DNA of 64,000 nt. Origin: Fibrobacter sp. Lineage in GTDB: Bacteria > Fibrobacterota > Chitinivibrionia > Chitinivibrionales > Chitinispirillaceae. Both the position numbers and the translations under genes were made by a program. This document shows, in pieces, positions 31,401-38,478 of the stretch (position 1 is the first letter of the stretch; every line of letters starts with the position of its first letter). Location of the stretch: the NCBI GenBank assembly GCA_012515615.1, contig JAAYYB010000308.1:7761-71760 (forward strand), given 5' to 3'. Under the pieces are notes generated by a model that saw nothing but the letters and a program-made list of their open reading frames with translations, did no database searches and was not told where the DNA came from.

Positions 31401-31727
31401 GCCACCTCACAGGGGCATACACTGGACATCACCTATCAAATTGAACAGAACAGCCGCCTTTCGGAAATAAGGCTTTTGACCTGGGTAATTCCGGTTACAG
31501 GAAGGACAACCGTGGGGTTTAAATGGGCATACAGTACACGCGAGGAGTATACTACTGAGGTAAAAACCGTCGATGAGATGAATCTTTCCATCATGCCTCA
31601 TCTCTCATATATATTTACCGATAATGTTACCGGTCGGGCAGAGTATATTTATGGTAAACGCAGGACCAGCGGCAGTCAAACTACTTACGATAATAAATTC
31701 AGCTTAATTGTAGACATTCAGTTCTAA
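25452..31727 (+). CDS. sprA: SprA-like type IX secretion translocon (giant outer-membrane beta-barrel)
   Basis: About 2090 aa. The N-terminal region matches my memory of the SprA pattern (...EDEIIQEVIAGYTGFQMP...GLFGIKVKSKLGPLTLTTIASHEQGE...NRFFFLD). It is beta-rich throughout and ends in ...VDIQF. The true start is probably the GTG at 25512, which gives a signal peptide. Confidence 0.7.
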   Translation: MKIRICCTLPLRGKKKRQEIVTGSAKRYFIFFLFFSAAFGLTNAYGQGLCFEQPRIEGFHPLDEETYASSQLVQKNPVMLKLNTTIFKDTSAIDFEKRQITFSRRDSLGYTIWEYHYPELSDYLASRKNFILFQGWYNTRAVSKKQEEKSKSQLMKLQWEIPVQYPSWAQRVLGNEPPRLSIDGNLSITMGFDRSTVVESEYDKDRATSNGLVFDVIYNFSIIGSVGRLININIRGDNQNDVSLSDNLKNFKIEYKESKPGELEDEIIQEVIAGYTGFQMPGQGLAGYSENHEGLFGIKVKSKLGPLTLTTIASHEQGETAKLSVSSKSGSDEYPLAEDRFLENRFFFLDNIYRAAYNRKYGKGASNPKDPPEVTRLDVWRRVEPEREQEILKQANRKVQLATTDSIMQTYKYELLITDRHYKLNKKEGWIMFFDSTGIRANDHIAIYLRTKDSGINRGDSIDTLLNLWTLKPVASIDSAGADPERFYLMWRNVYELTASDMTSFSLKVFRIPPDGQVKEEAGKEGNYSDILGLTENGSVLYKRQEIFDKENGVIIIPPFDTSFSGNEPFNNKKLGEYRDSVIYRYSTSTRPDAYKPGFEIVMSGSKKQTSFDLGWGVMEGTERVIADGRELKKDRDYSINYEMGTLELTSPNARTAEKVDIEYQREALFVPDRKVFLGAHGELRLPLLSDKSFIGASVLFQNTRINEDVPRLEQEPYRKVLFDVNTRIDLEPEWMTDLVNRLPLVKTDALSSVQFDFEVAHSRMNPNTENEAFVDDFEDSKQPLSLGGSHESWSKASPPYGADSLYNYPPAWDFYWFTPHLTDKKHRVRSDSIWFDKAKASAGDQQYETVIRLHATPAPDTSDDDVVRRFSRSWAGIMTYISSGFMNKEKDRYFEFLIKQAGGYREKGKLIIQMGDLREDVSLDGGPPNKMADMEDTRPIWTDQVVDTLDLGWDRKINKDEYYLIPGPSGGWDTLYYDSLNFKDPARDDYKEYYDHPENFRYACGTEKDNELSSEDINFDGSVQTHTTERYFQFTIDLTDTAAPYFDKTAKLDPNGGWKKVRIPLKEVLAGYGNMRDSINNPKWSEIKFVRLIWTDFDSSSVKGLKTEKQLIFTDMQFVGNQWQPLYDSIGTKIEATSINNQEDADYRASVRGNPFHWERDDVTGLYDRESALRINFRNLDENQTALITRNFSYQKLNLSSYKTLNLMVYGKSPSGSKTENSVLYGGKVDFVLRFGSDDSCYYEYRSDLKSGWNKVEIDLRLIADLKDRYMIEHPDSAILVQQSPYGNGFLSVKAPRGRQPNISNIFWMGIGVTREDNTSAEDSLSSGELWVNDMKVEGIGRLNGWAMSTKLNTKWADLLEISADLNYEDGDFRRMTENTLTPEISSLNGNFSSTVWFDKFLPSEWGVSLPVGGSVYGSISRPQLKNNTDVFLTENGRSDNLRDMASDLGNKIFRRDENSDITKAEHYETRNTRERVYANYSKNTESENPLVNLTADRIDAQFEYSQSNEQALQGPAVNSDSDYVRSTISESYTGKLKYNLTPTNPPEWTKWKPLGEKTPSWVPKPLKNYEFSLLPSRIEFDIADLRYGTDYMKDTRLSTSSTIRTFDLRHGFALDYSPIAPLIDLTYTIGINRDMFKDAKTDTTSENYDYHFGFHEDSVFSKRMLLWGEKNRSQHASMKLNPQIFDWLSTSGEYSADYNSDMVTRSNDSLEYITAGVRTNLSVNASFNLDVLLKELADATAKARIGSIFEKLDKGVDGIGFRQITFSYTNGADLKNNYMGSLLIGKESRIDFLRYQLGLSGIDEKSFFSGEMNNRALGGMYSRYDIDKSELYENDYRTVDQRWSLSSGLDLKVPFEISFSPISFSWGKNYRVVPDTSKKERSHTLPEFSVGSRTPALMKIELVSSALQSLNLNSTFNYRKSYKYSGLMGSDTTRKFDWAPLVSLSGTVKKWPINFNYNCTYSKEVTKAPTEKPDSIATPRDATSQGHTLDITYQIEQNSRLSEIRLLTWVIPVTGRTTVGFKWAYSTREEYTTEVKTVDEMNLSIMPHLSYIFTDNVTGRAEYIYGKRRTSGSQTTYDNKFSLIVDIQF

Positions 31728-31739
31728 ATTGGAAAAGAT

Positions 31740-33272
31740 ATGACCAAAAAAATACTATTTAATGCAACACCTACAGAAAAACGGGCGGCACTGCTTGAGA
31801 ATGATAAAGTAGTCGAGCTGGTTGTGGAACGCCCCGACCACTTTCGACTTGTCGGCAATATCTATCGTGGCAAGGTTACTTCGATACTGCCCGGTATTCA
31901 AGCCGCCTTTATTGATATCGGCCTCGATAAATGTGCTTTCCTCCATGCCACCGATGTGGACCCGTCGCTTCTTCTTGACGCCGGTGACGAGCTGATGGAA
32001 CGTTATACCGGGTATGACTCTTCAAAGCGCAGAAGGATCGCACGCATCCCGATCGAAAAGGTTTTGACTGTCGGCCAGGAGATTCTCGTTCAGGTCACAA
32101 AAGAGCCAATAAGCACCAAAGGCCCCAAGGTTACGACCCAGATAAGTCTGGCAGGACGATTTCTGGTGCTGGTACCTGATACAGACTTTATCGGCGTATC
32201 AAAGAAAACCAGTGATATTAAAAAACGCGCCAGACTCAAAAAGCTGATCTCCCAGATCAAGCCCAGAGGTGTCGGGTTTATAGTGCGCACCATAGGACTT
32301 CAGGTATCGGAGACAGAGTTTGTCAAAGAGATCCATATGCTTATTGATGCCTGGAAACAAGCCCAGGAGGAAGCTCTCAGCGGAAGTGGACCTAAGCTTG
32401 TTTACATGGAACTGGGGATCACAACCCAGGTTATCAGAGATCTTTTTTCAGAGAATGTCACAGAGGTTTACGCGGATCAGGACGATGATTACCAGGAGAT
32501 ATTAAATTACCTGAAAGTGCTCTCACCCGATCTCTGCAAAAGAGTGATCCGTTACGATGAGAAAGTCCCTCTTTTTGACAGATTTAACATTGAAAAGGAT
32601 CTTGACAGGCTTCTTAAACGCAAGGTCTGGCTGAGAAGCGGCGGCTATATTCTCATCGATAGAACAGAGGCTCTGGTAGCCATTGACGTAAATACCGGAA
32701 GGAATGTCGGAAAATCAAACCTTGAAGAGACAATCTTCAAAACCAATCTCGATGCTGCGGCAGAGATATGTCGTCAATTGCGACTCAGGGATATCGGTGG
32801 ACTCATTGTAGTGGACTTTATCGATATGAGAAGCGCGGATAACCGCCGTAAAATCGAGAATGCTATGCGTAAGGCAATGGAACTTGATCCCACTGCCGCA
32901 TCAATGACCGGATTGTCCAAATTCGGATTGATGGAGATAACAAGGAAAAGAGTAAGACCCGAATTGCAGGAGTTCTTTACAAACGTATGCCCTGTGTGTG
33001 AAGGACTGGGCTGGGTATTTTCACCCGAAACTGTTATTTCCAGAATCGATCGGGATCTTAAGAGATCAGATTTCCATGCTCCCAGTGTAAAGCTCTCTGT
33101 TCATCCTGCAGTTTCTGCATATATGCTCAAAGATGGAGAGCAGATGAAAAGAAGGCTGGAAAAGGAACACAAGTACCAGCTCATGATCGAAACTGATGAA
33201 GAACTCGATCAGGATGAATACAACATCGTTCCTGATAAAAGGGCAAATAGAAAAGAAGAACAGAGGGATTGA
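31740..33272 (+). CDS. rng: Rne/Rng-family ribonuclease (RNase G)
   Basis: 510 aa with the S1 domain GNIYRGKVTSILPGIQAAFIDIG and the catalytic region AIDVNTG. Confidence 0.9.
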   Translation: MTKKILFNATPTEKRAALLENDKVVELVVERPDHFRLVGNIYRGKVTSILPGIQAAFIDIGLDKCAFLHATDVDPSLLLDAGDELMERYTGYDSSKRRRIARIPIEKVLTVGQEILVQVTKEPISTKGPKVTTQISLAGRFLVLVPDTDFIGVSKKTSDIKKRARLKKLISQIKPRGVGFIVRTIGLQVSETEFVKEIHMLIDAWKQAQEEALSGSGPKLVYMELGITTQVIRDLFSENVTEVYADQDDDYQEILNYLKVLSPDLCKRVIRYDEKVPLFDRFNIEKDLDRLLKRKVWLRSGGYILIDRTEALVAIDVNTGRNVGKSNLEETIFKTNLDAAAEICRQLRLRDIGGLIVVDFIDMRSADNRRKIENAMRKAMELDPTAASMTGLSKFGLMEITRKRVRPELQEFFTNVCPVCEGLGWVFSPETVISRIDRDLKRSDFHAPSVKLSVHPAVSAYMLKDGEQMKRRLEKEHKYQLMIETDEELDQDEYNIVPDKRANRKEEQRD

Positions 33273-33424
33273 TTCTTACCCTGAACCGGATTACTTGCTT
33301 TTTCGTTTCGGGATTATTATATTTAAAAATCTTTTCTCTGAAACCTGAGGTCTTATTGACCCGGGTTTGAAAATCGGATAATAAATTTTTAAGATAAACT
33401 GGCATATTCAGGTCAGGAGACAAT

Positions 33425-33736
33425 ATGTATTCCATTATTGAACAAGGTGGTACCCAGTTCAAAGTAAAGCAGGGTGCTACAATTCGGGTTCCTTTGATTG
33501 AGGCAGAGAAGGGTGCGGAAATTACCATCGACAAGGTTTTGCTTGCCGCTGATGGAGACAAGATAAAGATCGGAACACCTGTTGTTAAAGGTGCTTCAGT
33601 CGTGGCCAAGGTTGTTGATCATGCCAAGGCTAAAAAGGTGCTGGTAATCAAGAGAAAACGCAGGAAAGATTACCGCCGCAAAAATGGTCATCGTCAGCAG
33701 TATACGAAACTGGAAATAGTTTCGATCAATATTTGA
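33425..33736 (+). CDS. rplU: 50S ribosomal protein L21
   Basis: 103 aa, starting [14 protein letters not shown]. It is followed by rpmA. Confidence 0.95.
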   Translation: MYSIIEQGGTQFKVKQGATIRVPLIEAEKGAEITIDKVLLAADGDKIKIGTPVVKGASVVAKVVDHAKAKKVLVIKRKRRKDYRRKNGHRQQYTKLEIVSINI

Positions 33737-33752
33737 ATCGGGGAGTTGAAAA

Positions 33753-34016
33753 ATGGCACATAAAAAAGGTGTAGGAAGCAGCCGTAACGGACGTGACAGC
33801 AATCCCAAGATGCTTGGAGTGAAAAGGTTCGGGGGCGAAGAGGTAAGTGCAGGAAGCATTATTGTTCGCCAGCGCGGAACTGTTGTCTATCCAGGTGTTA
33901 ACGTGGGACAGGGAAAAGATCATACTTTGTTTGCCAAAGTTGATGGTAAAGTGAAGTTTTCCTGGTTTGCAGGGAATAAAAAACGGGTTGATATAGAACC
34001 GGTTCCGCAAGCGTAA
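33753..34016 (+). CDS. rpmA: 50S ribosomal protein L27
   Basis: 87 aa with the [24 protein letters not shown] signature. Confidence 0.95.
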   Translation: MAHKKGVGSSRNGRDSNPKMLGVKRFGGEEVSAGSIIVRQRGTVVYPGVNVGQGKDHTLFAKVDGKVKFSWFAGNKKRVDIEPVPQA

Positions 34017-34040
34017 GCACAGCTAAAATTCGAGATTATA

Positions 34041-34088
34041 CGGAGTGGTTTCACCGGTTTTGCCGGTAAGATCACTCCGTTTTTTTTC
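34041..34088 (+). terminator. Rho-independent terminator after rpmA
   Basis: The long stem CGGAGTG...CACTCCG (with inner ACCGGTTTTGCCGGT) is followed by T8. Confidence 0.8.
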
Positions 34089-34108
34089 GACAGATATAAG
34101 TTTCCAGG

Positions 34109-34373
34109 CAGTTTAAGATATTGAATTTTGCCTTAAAATTGCAAATTGACCTTTATTTATGCGGGTTCCAGCCAAATTGAAGAGGTAAATCCAGTTTAAG
34201 ATTTTTTTGCCGAAAATGCCGCTATTTTGCCAGTTTTCCACTTAGTTTGAGAAATTAATTACTATTAATTAATTAGCAGGCGTAAGTCATAGTATTAAAA
34301 TGAGTTATGTAGGGTGCAGATTTCAGCAATTTCAGCGGAGGGTTGGCAAAGGGTTCGCAAAAGGGTTGGCAAA
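34109..34373. repeat. Direct repeats in the non-coding prophage end region (candidate transposase-binding sites)
   Basis: CAGTTTAAGAT occurs twice (34109, 34192). There are several TTTTGCC motifs, ATTTCAGC twice, and a triple GGGTT(G/C)GCAAA (34340-34373). Confidence 0.45.
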
Positions 34374-34569
34374 CTATTGTTGATTTGTCAATACTATATA
34401 ACTTATTGAAATACAGATACTTAGAAGTATATCGCAAAGAAACAACATAGAAAGCACGTTAATAAAGGTCAGCAAACAAAATTAGACAAATAAGAGACGA
34501 AAACTATAGAATTTGAATGGCCTTTAAAGAGCATGTAATAGAACATAAAAAGCATATTAAACAGCTCTC

Positions 34570-34947
34570 TCATTTCATTTTATCCAAGATGGTAAGGAGT
34601 GCGTCTTTTAAAGCCTCCCTGCAGCTCGTTGTGCCCTCTTTAGGCTTCCTCTGGTAGAGACTGGACCACCATTGCCGGACAACTTCCATCCGGCCGTTTT
34701 CACGCTCCCTGCTGGGCATTAAAAGCCAGCGGTTCCCTTTGGCCAGGTCTACTAACCCTTTTGAGATGTATTTGATGATTCCATTATTGCCGGTGGCGTT
34801 TCGTGCCTTCCAGAAAATGTCCAGGGTCTGATCCCAATCTCCGCCGCAGATCCTGCGGATACGCTGAACAAAAGACCAGGGAATTTCCTGGTCTTTTATG
34901 ATCAGTGTGTAACGCTTTTGCTCTACAGCAGGCCGATCTGGAAGCAT
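34570..34947 (-). CDS. Hypothetical protein (last gene of the left-end cassette)
   Basis: 125 aa. Its start overlaps the upstream stop. It lies in an AT-rich block and no family was recognised. Confidence 0.5.
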   Translation of the reverse strand: MLPDRPAVEQKRYTLIIKDQEIPWSFVQRIRRICGGDWDQTLDIFWKARNATGNNGIIKYISKGLVDLAKGNRWLLMPSRERENGRMEVVRQWWSSLYQRKPKEGTTSCREALKDALLTILDKMK

Positions 34948-35144
34948 TATATCCGCTGGCCTTCTGTTGAGGCTTGAGACTCCGCAATATACACATGCCC
35001 GTTCCGCTCGAAAATGAGACCAGCCTTTTTCATATCTTCACGCACACACGGTCCAATAGGCTCCCAATCTTCATCAAACTGATCAACCTTTGGACAACCC
35101 CCTGTGTTTGTAATGTATTCCAAATACCTCTGAAACATAGACAA
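34947..35144 (-). CDS. Hypothetical small protein
   Basis: 65 aa, tightly packed in the minus-strand cassette. Confidence 0.5.
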   Translation of the reverse strand: MSMFQRYLEYITNTGGCPKVDQFDEDWEPIGPCVREDMKKAGLIFERNGHVYIAESQASTEGQRI

Positions 35145-35180
35145 TCTCCTTTTGTTAATTTGTTAATAGGTGACCACAAT

Positions 35181-35411
35181 CTATCTCTTTATTCTTTCAG
35201 GTGGAACTTCTGGATGCGGTAGTTGAGGTCCAAAGTCAGCGATATCGGAAAGGTTTACAGATCCACAAGTAGAACTACTACTCAATTTCCAACCCTCCAT
35301 GCGGAAAAACGGCGCTTCTCCATACACATGAATTATCATATCGTACCACTTAAATTGTTGCCCACTTCTTGCCCAGTAATAGCCGGGTGTCTGTGGTAAA
35401 TTCTGATACAC
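35181..35411 (-). CDS. Hypothetical small phage protein
   Basis: 76 aa. The PGYYWAR...W...I.HV.G pattern is common in small phage ORFs. It abuts the stop of the upstream gene. Confidence 0.5.
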   Translation of the reverse strand: MYQNLPQTPGYYWARSGQQFKWYDMIIHVYGEAPFFRMEGWKLSSSSTCGSVNLSDIADFGPQLPHPEVPPERIKR

Positions 35412-35930
35412 TTATACCTCCTTTTTGAGATTTCTTCTTTCAGCTTTTATTTTGTTTACAAGCCTAAAACACCGTTCAGAGTCATTAAACAAAGACAGGT
35501 ATTGACAAATTGTACACCGATATTGTTGAAGAGAAAATACAGGAGCTTTCTTCGATGCTTTCAGAATTTGATATCGAATGGCTTCGGCAGTATTATCGCA
35601 AAAAAGGACACGATGCCTGGGCTGAGTGGTTTTTTCACAATAAAAAGGAGATTGAGGATTTTGTATTAAGCTTGCCAGCAAACCGAGCATCTCGAAAAAA
35701 GTGGCGTAATCCGACTTTACGACGGCAATTGATATTTTTTGGCGTATACGTATTGAAGCGAGCAATTCCGCTTTTAAACGCATACTCCACACTGGATCAG
35801 TTTCGAAATTGTCTAATGCTTCCCAAATGTGAGCTGCTCTGGACGATCTACCGACTTTCGTACAACGATTATGTGACTTATGTGGAGTATTGGTGGATTG
35901 ATGATGATTCCCCTTTTGATTAGACTTCAT
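35412..35930 (-). CDS. Hypothetical protein (a long antisense ORF is also open at 35510-35923)
   Basis: 172 aa. The minus strand is preferred because of stop/start abutment with the next gene, but the strand assignment is not secure. Confidence 0.45.
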   Translation of the reverse strand: MKSNQKGNHHQSTNTPHKSHNRCTKVGRSSRAAHIWEALDNFETDPVWSMRLKAELLASIRIRQKISIAVVKSDYATFFEMLGLLASLIQNPQSPFYCEKTTQPRHRVLFCDNTAEAIRYQILKASKKAPVFSLQQYRCTICQYLSLFNDSERCFRLVNKIKAERRNLKKEV

Positions 35931-35947
35931 AACCCTGCCGCCCCCCT

Positions 35948-36163
35948 CTACCAGTAAATGGCTCTTAAGATGTTTTCTTTTCGGACTTCTGATATAGAAG
36001 CACTGGTGAGAAAAACCTCCGGTTTTTTGCCGAGGGCTTCGGTTACTGCTTTAAGTACAGCTGCCTGCAGCTGCGGATTCTCCTGAGACAAGGCGTTTTC
36101 AGATGGCGTGCCAGTATCTGAACTGTCAGGCAGACTGATCATGCAAAGCCAGTAGCGTTTCAT
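35948..36163 (-). CDS. Hypothetical small protein
   Basis: 71 aa, in series with the minus-strand lysis/late-early operon. Confidence 0.4.
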   Translation of the reverse strand: MKRYWLCMISLPDSSDTGTPSENALSQENPQLQAAVLKAVTEALGKKPEVFLTSASISEVRKENILRAIYW

Positions 36164-36166
36164 GTT

Positions 36167-36352
36167 TTATCTCTTCTGTTTTTGTGCTTTTGCTCGGCGG
36201 GATTTACGCCGTGCCTGCTCTATTGAGAAGGAGTCCATCTTATCATTGCTGTAATACCTGGTTCTGCGATAATGCACTCTCACCCCTTCCTGGAAGAGTG
36301 CCATCGCCGCTATATCAGCAATTCTACCGGGTTTGCCCAGCCATAGAGACAC
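36167..36352 (-). CDS. Hypothetical small basic protein
   Basis: 61 aa with an Arg/Lys-rich C-terminus. Confidence 0.4.
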   Translation of the reverse strand: MSLWLGKPGRIADIAAMALFQEGVRVHYRRTRYYSNDKMDSFSIEQARRKSRRAKAQKQKR

Positions 36353-36398
36353 CCCCCCTTTTAATTAGATCCCATTCCTCTTTTGTCGGATTCATTTC

Positions 36399-36611
36399 TT
36401 AAAACCTCTTTTCAGGGAGAAGCTTTAAAGTCATGATACCAGTAAGGGGGTCAATGGAACGAACAAGAAACTTACTGTTTTTGATTTGCACCTGTTCGCC
36501 TTCACTGAAAATTTTATCAAGCCGGTTGGGAAGGCCTTCTCCAGCTGCCTTAAGCTGCTCTGCAAGAAACCCTGGTGTTACTTCTTCAAAACGACCATTT
36601 CCGTTATCCAT
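36399..36611 (-). CDS. Hypothetical small protein
   Basis: 70 aa, downstream of the lipase gene. Confidence 0.45.
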   Translation of the reverse strand: MDNGNGRFEEVTPGFLAEQLKAAGEGLPNRLDKIFSEGEQVQIKNSKFLVRSIDPLTGIMTLKLLPEKRF

Positions 36612-36639
36612 AACCTTCTCCTCTGTGTCAATTGCGTGA

Positions 36640-37419
36640 TTAAATGGTTACTCTTGCCAGGACGGTTTTCATTTCGTCGGCGCCATCCAGATCGCCGCGG
36701 GCTTCGCAGTACTTCAGCAGGCCCTTTGTATAGCTTGAATATGCGTGATCCAGTATTTTTGTGACCCTGAAGAGCTTGCGCCACAGCGGTACAGCCATGT
36801 GAAAGAGTTTTCCGCAGTGACGGAAGCCAAGCCAGGAGGGAGGCAGTGTTGTTACTATATCGTAGCCGTTTACAACGCGGCTGTGATTGACTGGTAAAAG
36901 GTCCACCTCATCCCGGTATTTTTTTGTTCCCTGGGCAGGGGCACCGAAAGAAACACAGGAGACCGGCAGTTTGCGGTTTTTAGCCAGGTGACGGGCACAG
37001 AGTGTGGCAAGGGCACCGCCCCTGGAATGCCCGGTTATGAATACAGGTACCGGGCACCTGCTGAAATCGCCGTTAAGCCGGAAACTACCCCGGAAGTATC
37101 TGTCAATTTCTGTCTTGAAGCTTTCAAATGCGTCCCAGAAGCCGTCGTGGATATATCCCCGGGCGTTCTGGTTCTCGCATTCAAGCGGCCAGGGATCGAA
37201 GTTTCTCAGCCATGCCTCAAAGCCGTCGGTACCTCTGAAAGCGATGACTACACGGTTCCCGCCTTCGCAGATATAGCCGAAATCGGTATTGTTCCGCATG
37301 AGGGTAATCATGGGGATGACGGGTTGTTCCATGGAGAGGAGGACCCGCCGGATAAGGTACTCATCATTGTCGTGGGAGCAAAGCTCCGCATATCTCCAGA
37401 GGTCAGTAATGACATTCAT
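36640..37419 (-). CDS. Class-3 lipase / alpha-beta hydrolase (phage lysis-associated esterase candidate)
   Basis: 259 aa with the nucleophile elbow ITGHSRGGALA, downstream Asp (NGYDIV) and His (LDHAYSSY) candidates. Its start overlaps the amidase stop (ATGA). Confidence 0.7.
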   Translation of the reverse strand: MNVITDLWRYAELCSHDNDEYLIRRVLLSMEQPVIPMITLMRNNTDFGYICEGGNRVVIAFRGTDGFEAWLRNFDPWPLECENQNARGYIHDGFWDAFESFKTEIDRYFRGSFRLNGDFSRCPVPVFITGHSRGGALATLCARHLAKNRKLPVSCVSFGAPAQGTKKYRDEVDLLPVNHSRVVNGYDIVTTLPPSWLGFRHCGKLFHMAVPLWRKLFRVTKILDHAYSSYTKGLLKYCEARGDLDGADEMKTVLARVTI

Positions 37420-37967
37420 TTTCCACTTCCTTTGCCGGTCTGTTTGTAAACGAATTCCCGGATTCCCTGAACAACAGCAAACGCGATGTTGAACTGGTGT
37501 CCCTCATTGAGAAGAAGGGCTTCGTCGATGGTATTACTGAGGAAGCCGCATTCGACCACGACCACAGGGAAGCCTGTATCTGTCAATATTTTCAGCCTTG
37601 CGGAGTGAGGGTCCCGCGCCCGGGTGAGATTGAGGCCGAGTGCACGGTCAATACATGCGGCCAGTTCTTTACCTTTTGCACTTGATGGATGATGGATCAC
37701 GTGAAAGCCGATCGCATTTTCATTGCTGCAGATGTCAGCGTGAATCTCCACACCCAGATTACAGGCTTTTGTGGCGATTATGCGGTAGTCCCAGCCGCCT
37801 GCAGCTATAATATGATCAAGACCCAGAAGCTTCAGCAGCATGGAGATTTTACCTGTGATACCGGCCGTAACGGCCGCTTCTACGGTGTGGAGCCGGTCAC
37901 CCGGCCCTGTCGGGTCTATTGCCCCGCTGTCTTTTCCGACATGCCCGGGGAAGAGTGCGATCAGCAT
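37416..37967 (-). CDS. N-acetylmuramoyl-L-alanine amidase (Amidase_3-type endolysin)
   Basis: 183 aa with the motifs PGHVGKDSGA, EIHAD and VVVECGFLSN. Confidence 0.8.
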   Translation of the reverse strand: MLIALFPGHVGKDSGAIDPTGPGDRLHTVEAAVTAGITGKISMLLKLLGLDHIIAAGGWDYRIIATKACNLGVEIHADICSNENAIGFHVIHHPSSAKGKELAACIDRALGLNLTRARDPHSARLKILTDTGFPVVVVECGFLSNTIDEALLLNEGHQFNIAFAVVQGIREFVYKQTGKGSGK

Positions 37968-37969
37968 GG

Positions 37970-38203
37970 TTATTCTCCTTTCTCGCGCAGTCTCTTTAAT
38001 TTTAAACGGGCGGTTCTACGCTCACCTGCGGTTGGCGCAGACACGGCTTTGTTTTTCTGCTTCCGGATTTCGCTTTTTCTTTTACGTTTTGCTATACACG
38101 CGGGATGCTGACAATTGGCGCCGGAGCACCCCGACCACGGGCGGATATCAATTTCCGGATTAAACTGCACTTTGGGGTAATGTGATATGCTCGACATGGC
38201 CAT
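37970..38203 (-). CDS. Small basic protein upstream of the endolysin
   Basis: 77 aa counted from the ATG at 38203, which has a GAGGAG SD. The C-terminus is Lys/Arg-rich. The ORF-track start at 38296 would read through the palindrome. Confidence 0.45.
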   Translation of the reverse strand: MAMSSISHYPKVQFNPEIDIRPWSGCSGANCQHPACIAKRKRKSEIRKQKNKAVSAPTAGERRTARLKLKRLREKGE

Positions 38204-38225
38204 GACTATTCTCCTCAACTGTTTG

Positions 38226-38249
38226 AGAGACGCCCGGCCGGGCGTCTCT
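38226..38249. repeat. GC palindrome family, copy 1 (perfect, intergenic)
   Basis: AGAGACGCCCGGCCGGGCGTCTCT. The minus strand is preceded by CGTAG. It lies between the stop at 38263 and the SD of the 38203 gene. Confidence 0.9.
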
Positions 38250-38262
38250 ACGTTAAAACAAT

Positions 38263-38478
38263 CTAACCGACATACCGGTGCAGTTTTTTGTCCCACACCC
38301 TGCCCCTGCAGGCTTTCCCCTCGCGGGAGAAACCACTGTCAAGCTCAACCGGCACCGGTGCCCATGTACCGCAGATATTGCACAGGTCCCCGCGCCTGTA
38401 ACAAGAACCGCATTGGGGACACGGGTGACCCGATGTCTGCCGGATGGAAATTGAATTATCACTGTTTGATGGTTCCAT
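38263..38478 (-). CDS. Small zinc-ribbon protein (Com-like in size and Cys pattern)
   Basis: 71 aa with CPQCG...CNICG. It fills the gap between Mor and the next gene. Confidence 0.4.
   Translation of the reverse strand: MEPSNSDNSISIRQTSGHPCPQCGSCYRRGDLCNICGTWAPVPVELDSGFSREGKACRGRVWDKKLHRYVG

Noticed and set aside
33273-33424. Possible sigma-70-like promoter (TTGACC...TAATAA) and L21 leader upstream of rplU.
   Set aside because: The hexamers are imperfect and spacing is ambiguous (15-17 nt). Promoter consensus in FCB-group bacteria may differ. The evidence is not strong enough to list as a feature.
34089-34120. Attempt to define the exact Mu-type left end (5'-TG) and a target-site duplication.
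   Set aside because: There is no TG dinucleotide in the first roughly 30 bp after the rpmA terminator, and the right end is outside the window. The boundary is therefore given only approximately.
35510-35923. 137-aa plus-strand ORF antisense to the first gene of the left-end cassette.
   Set aside because: It is not annotated as a feature because the minus-strand ORF fits the tight operon packing and the plus ORF needs a TTG start with no clear SD. It cannot be excluded, and it is flagged in a finding.
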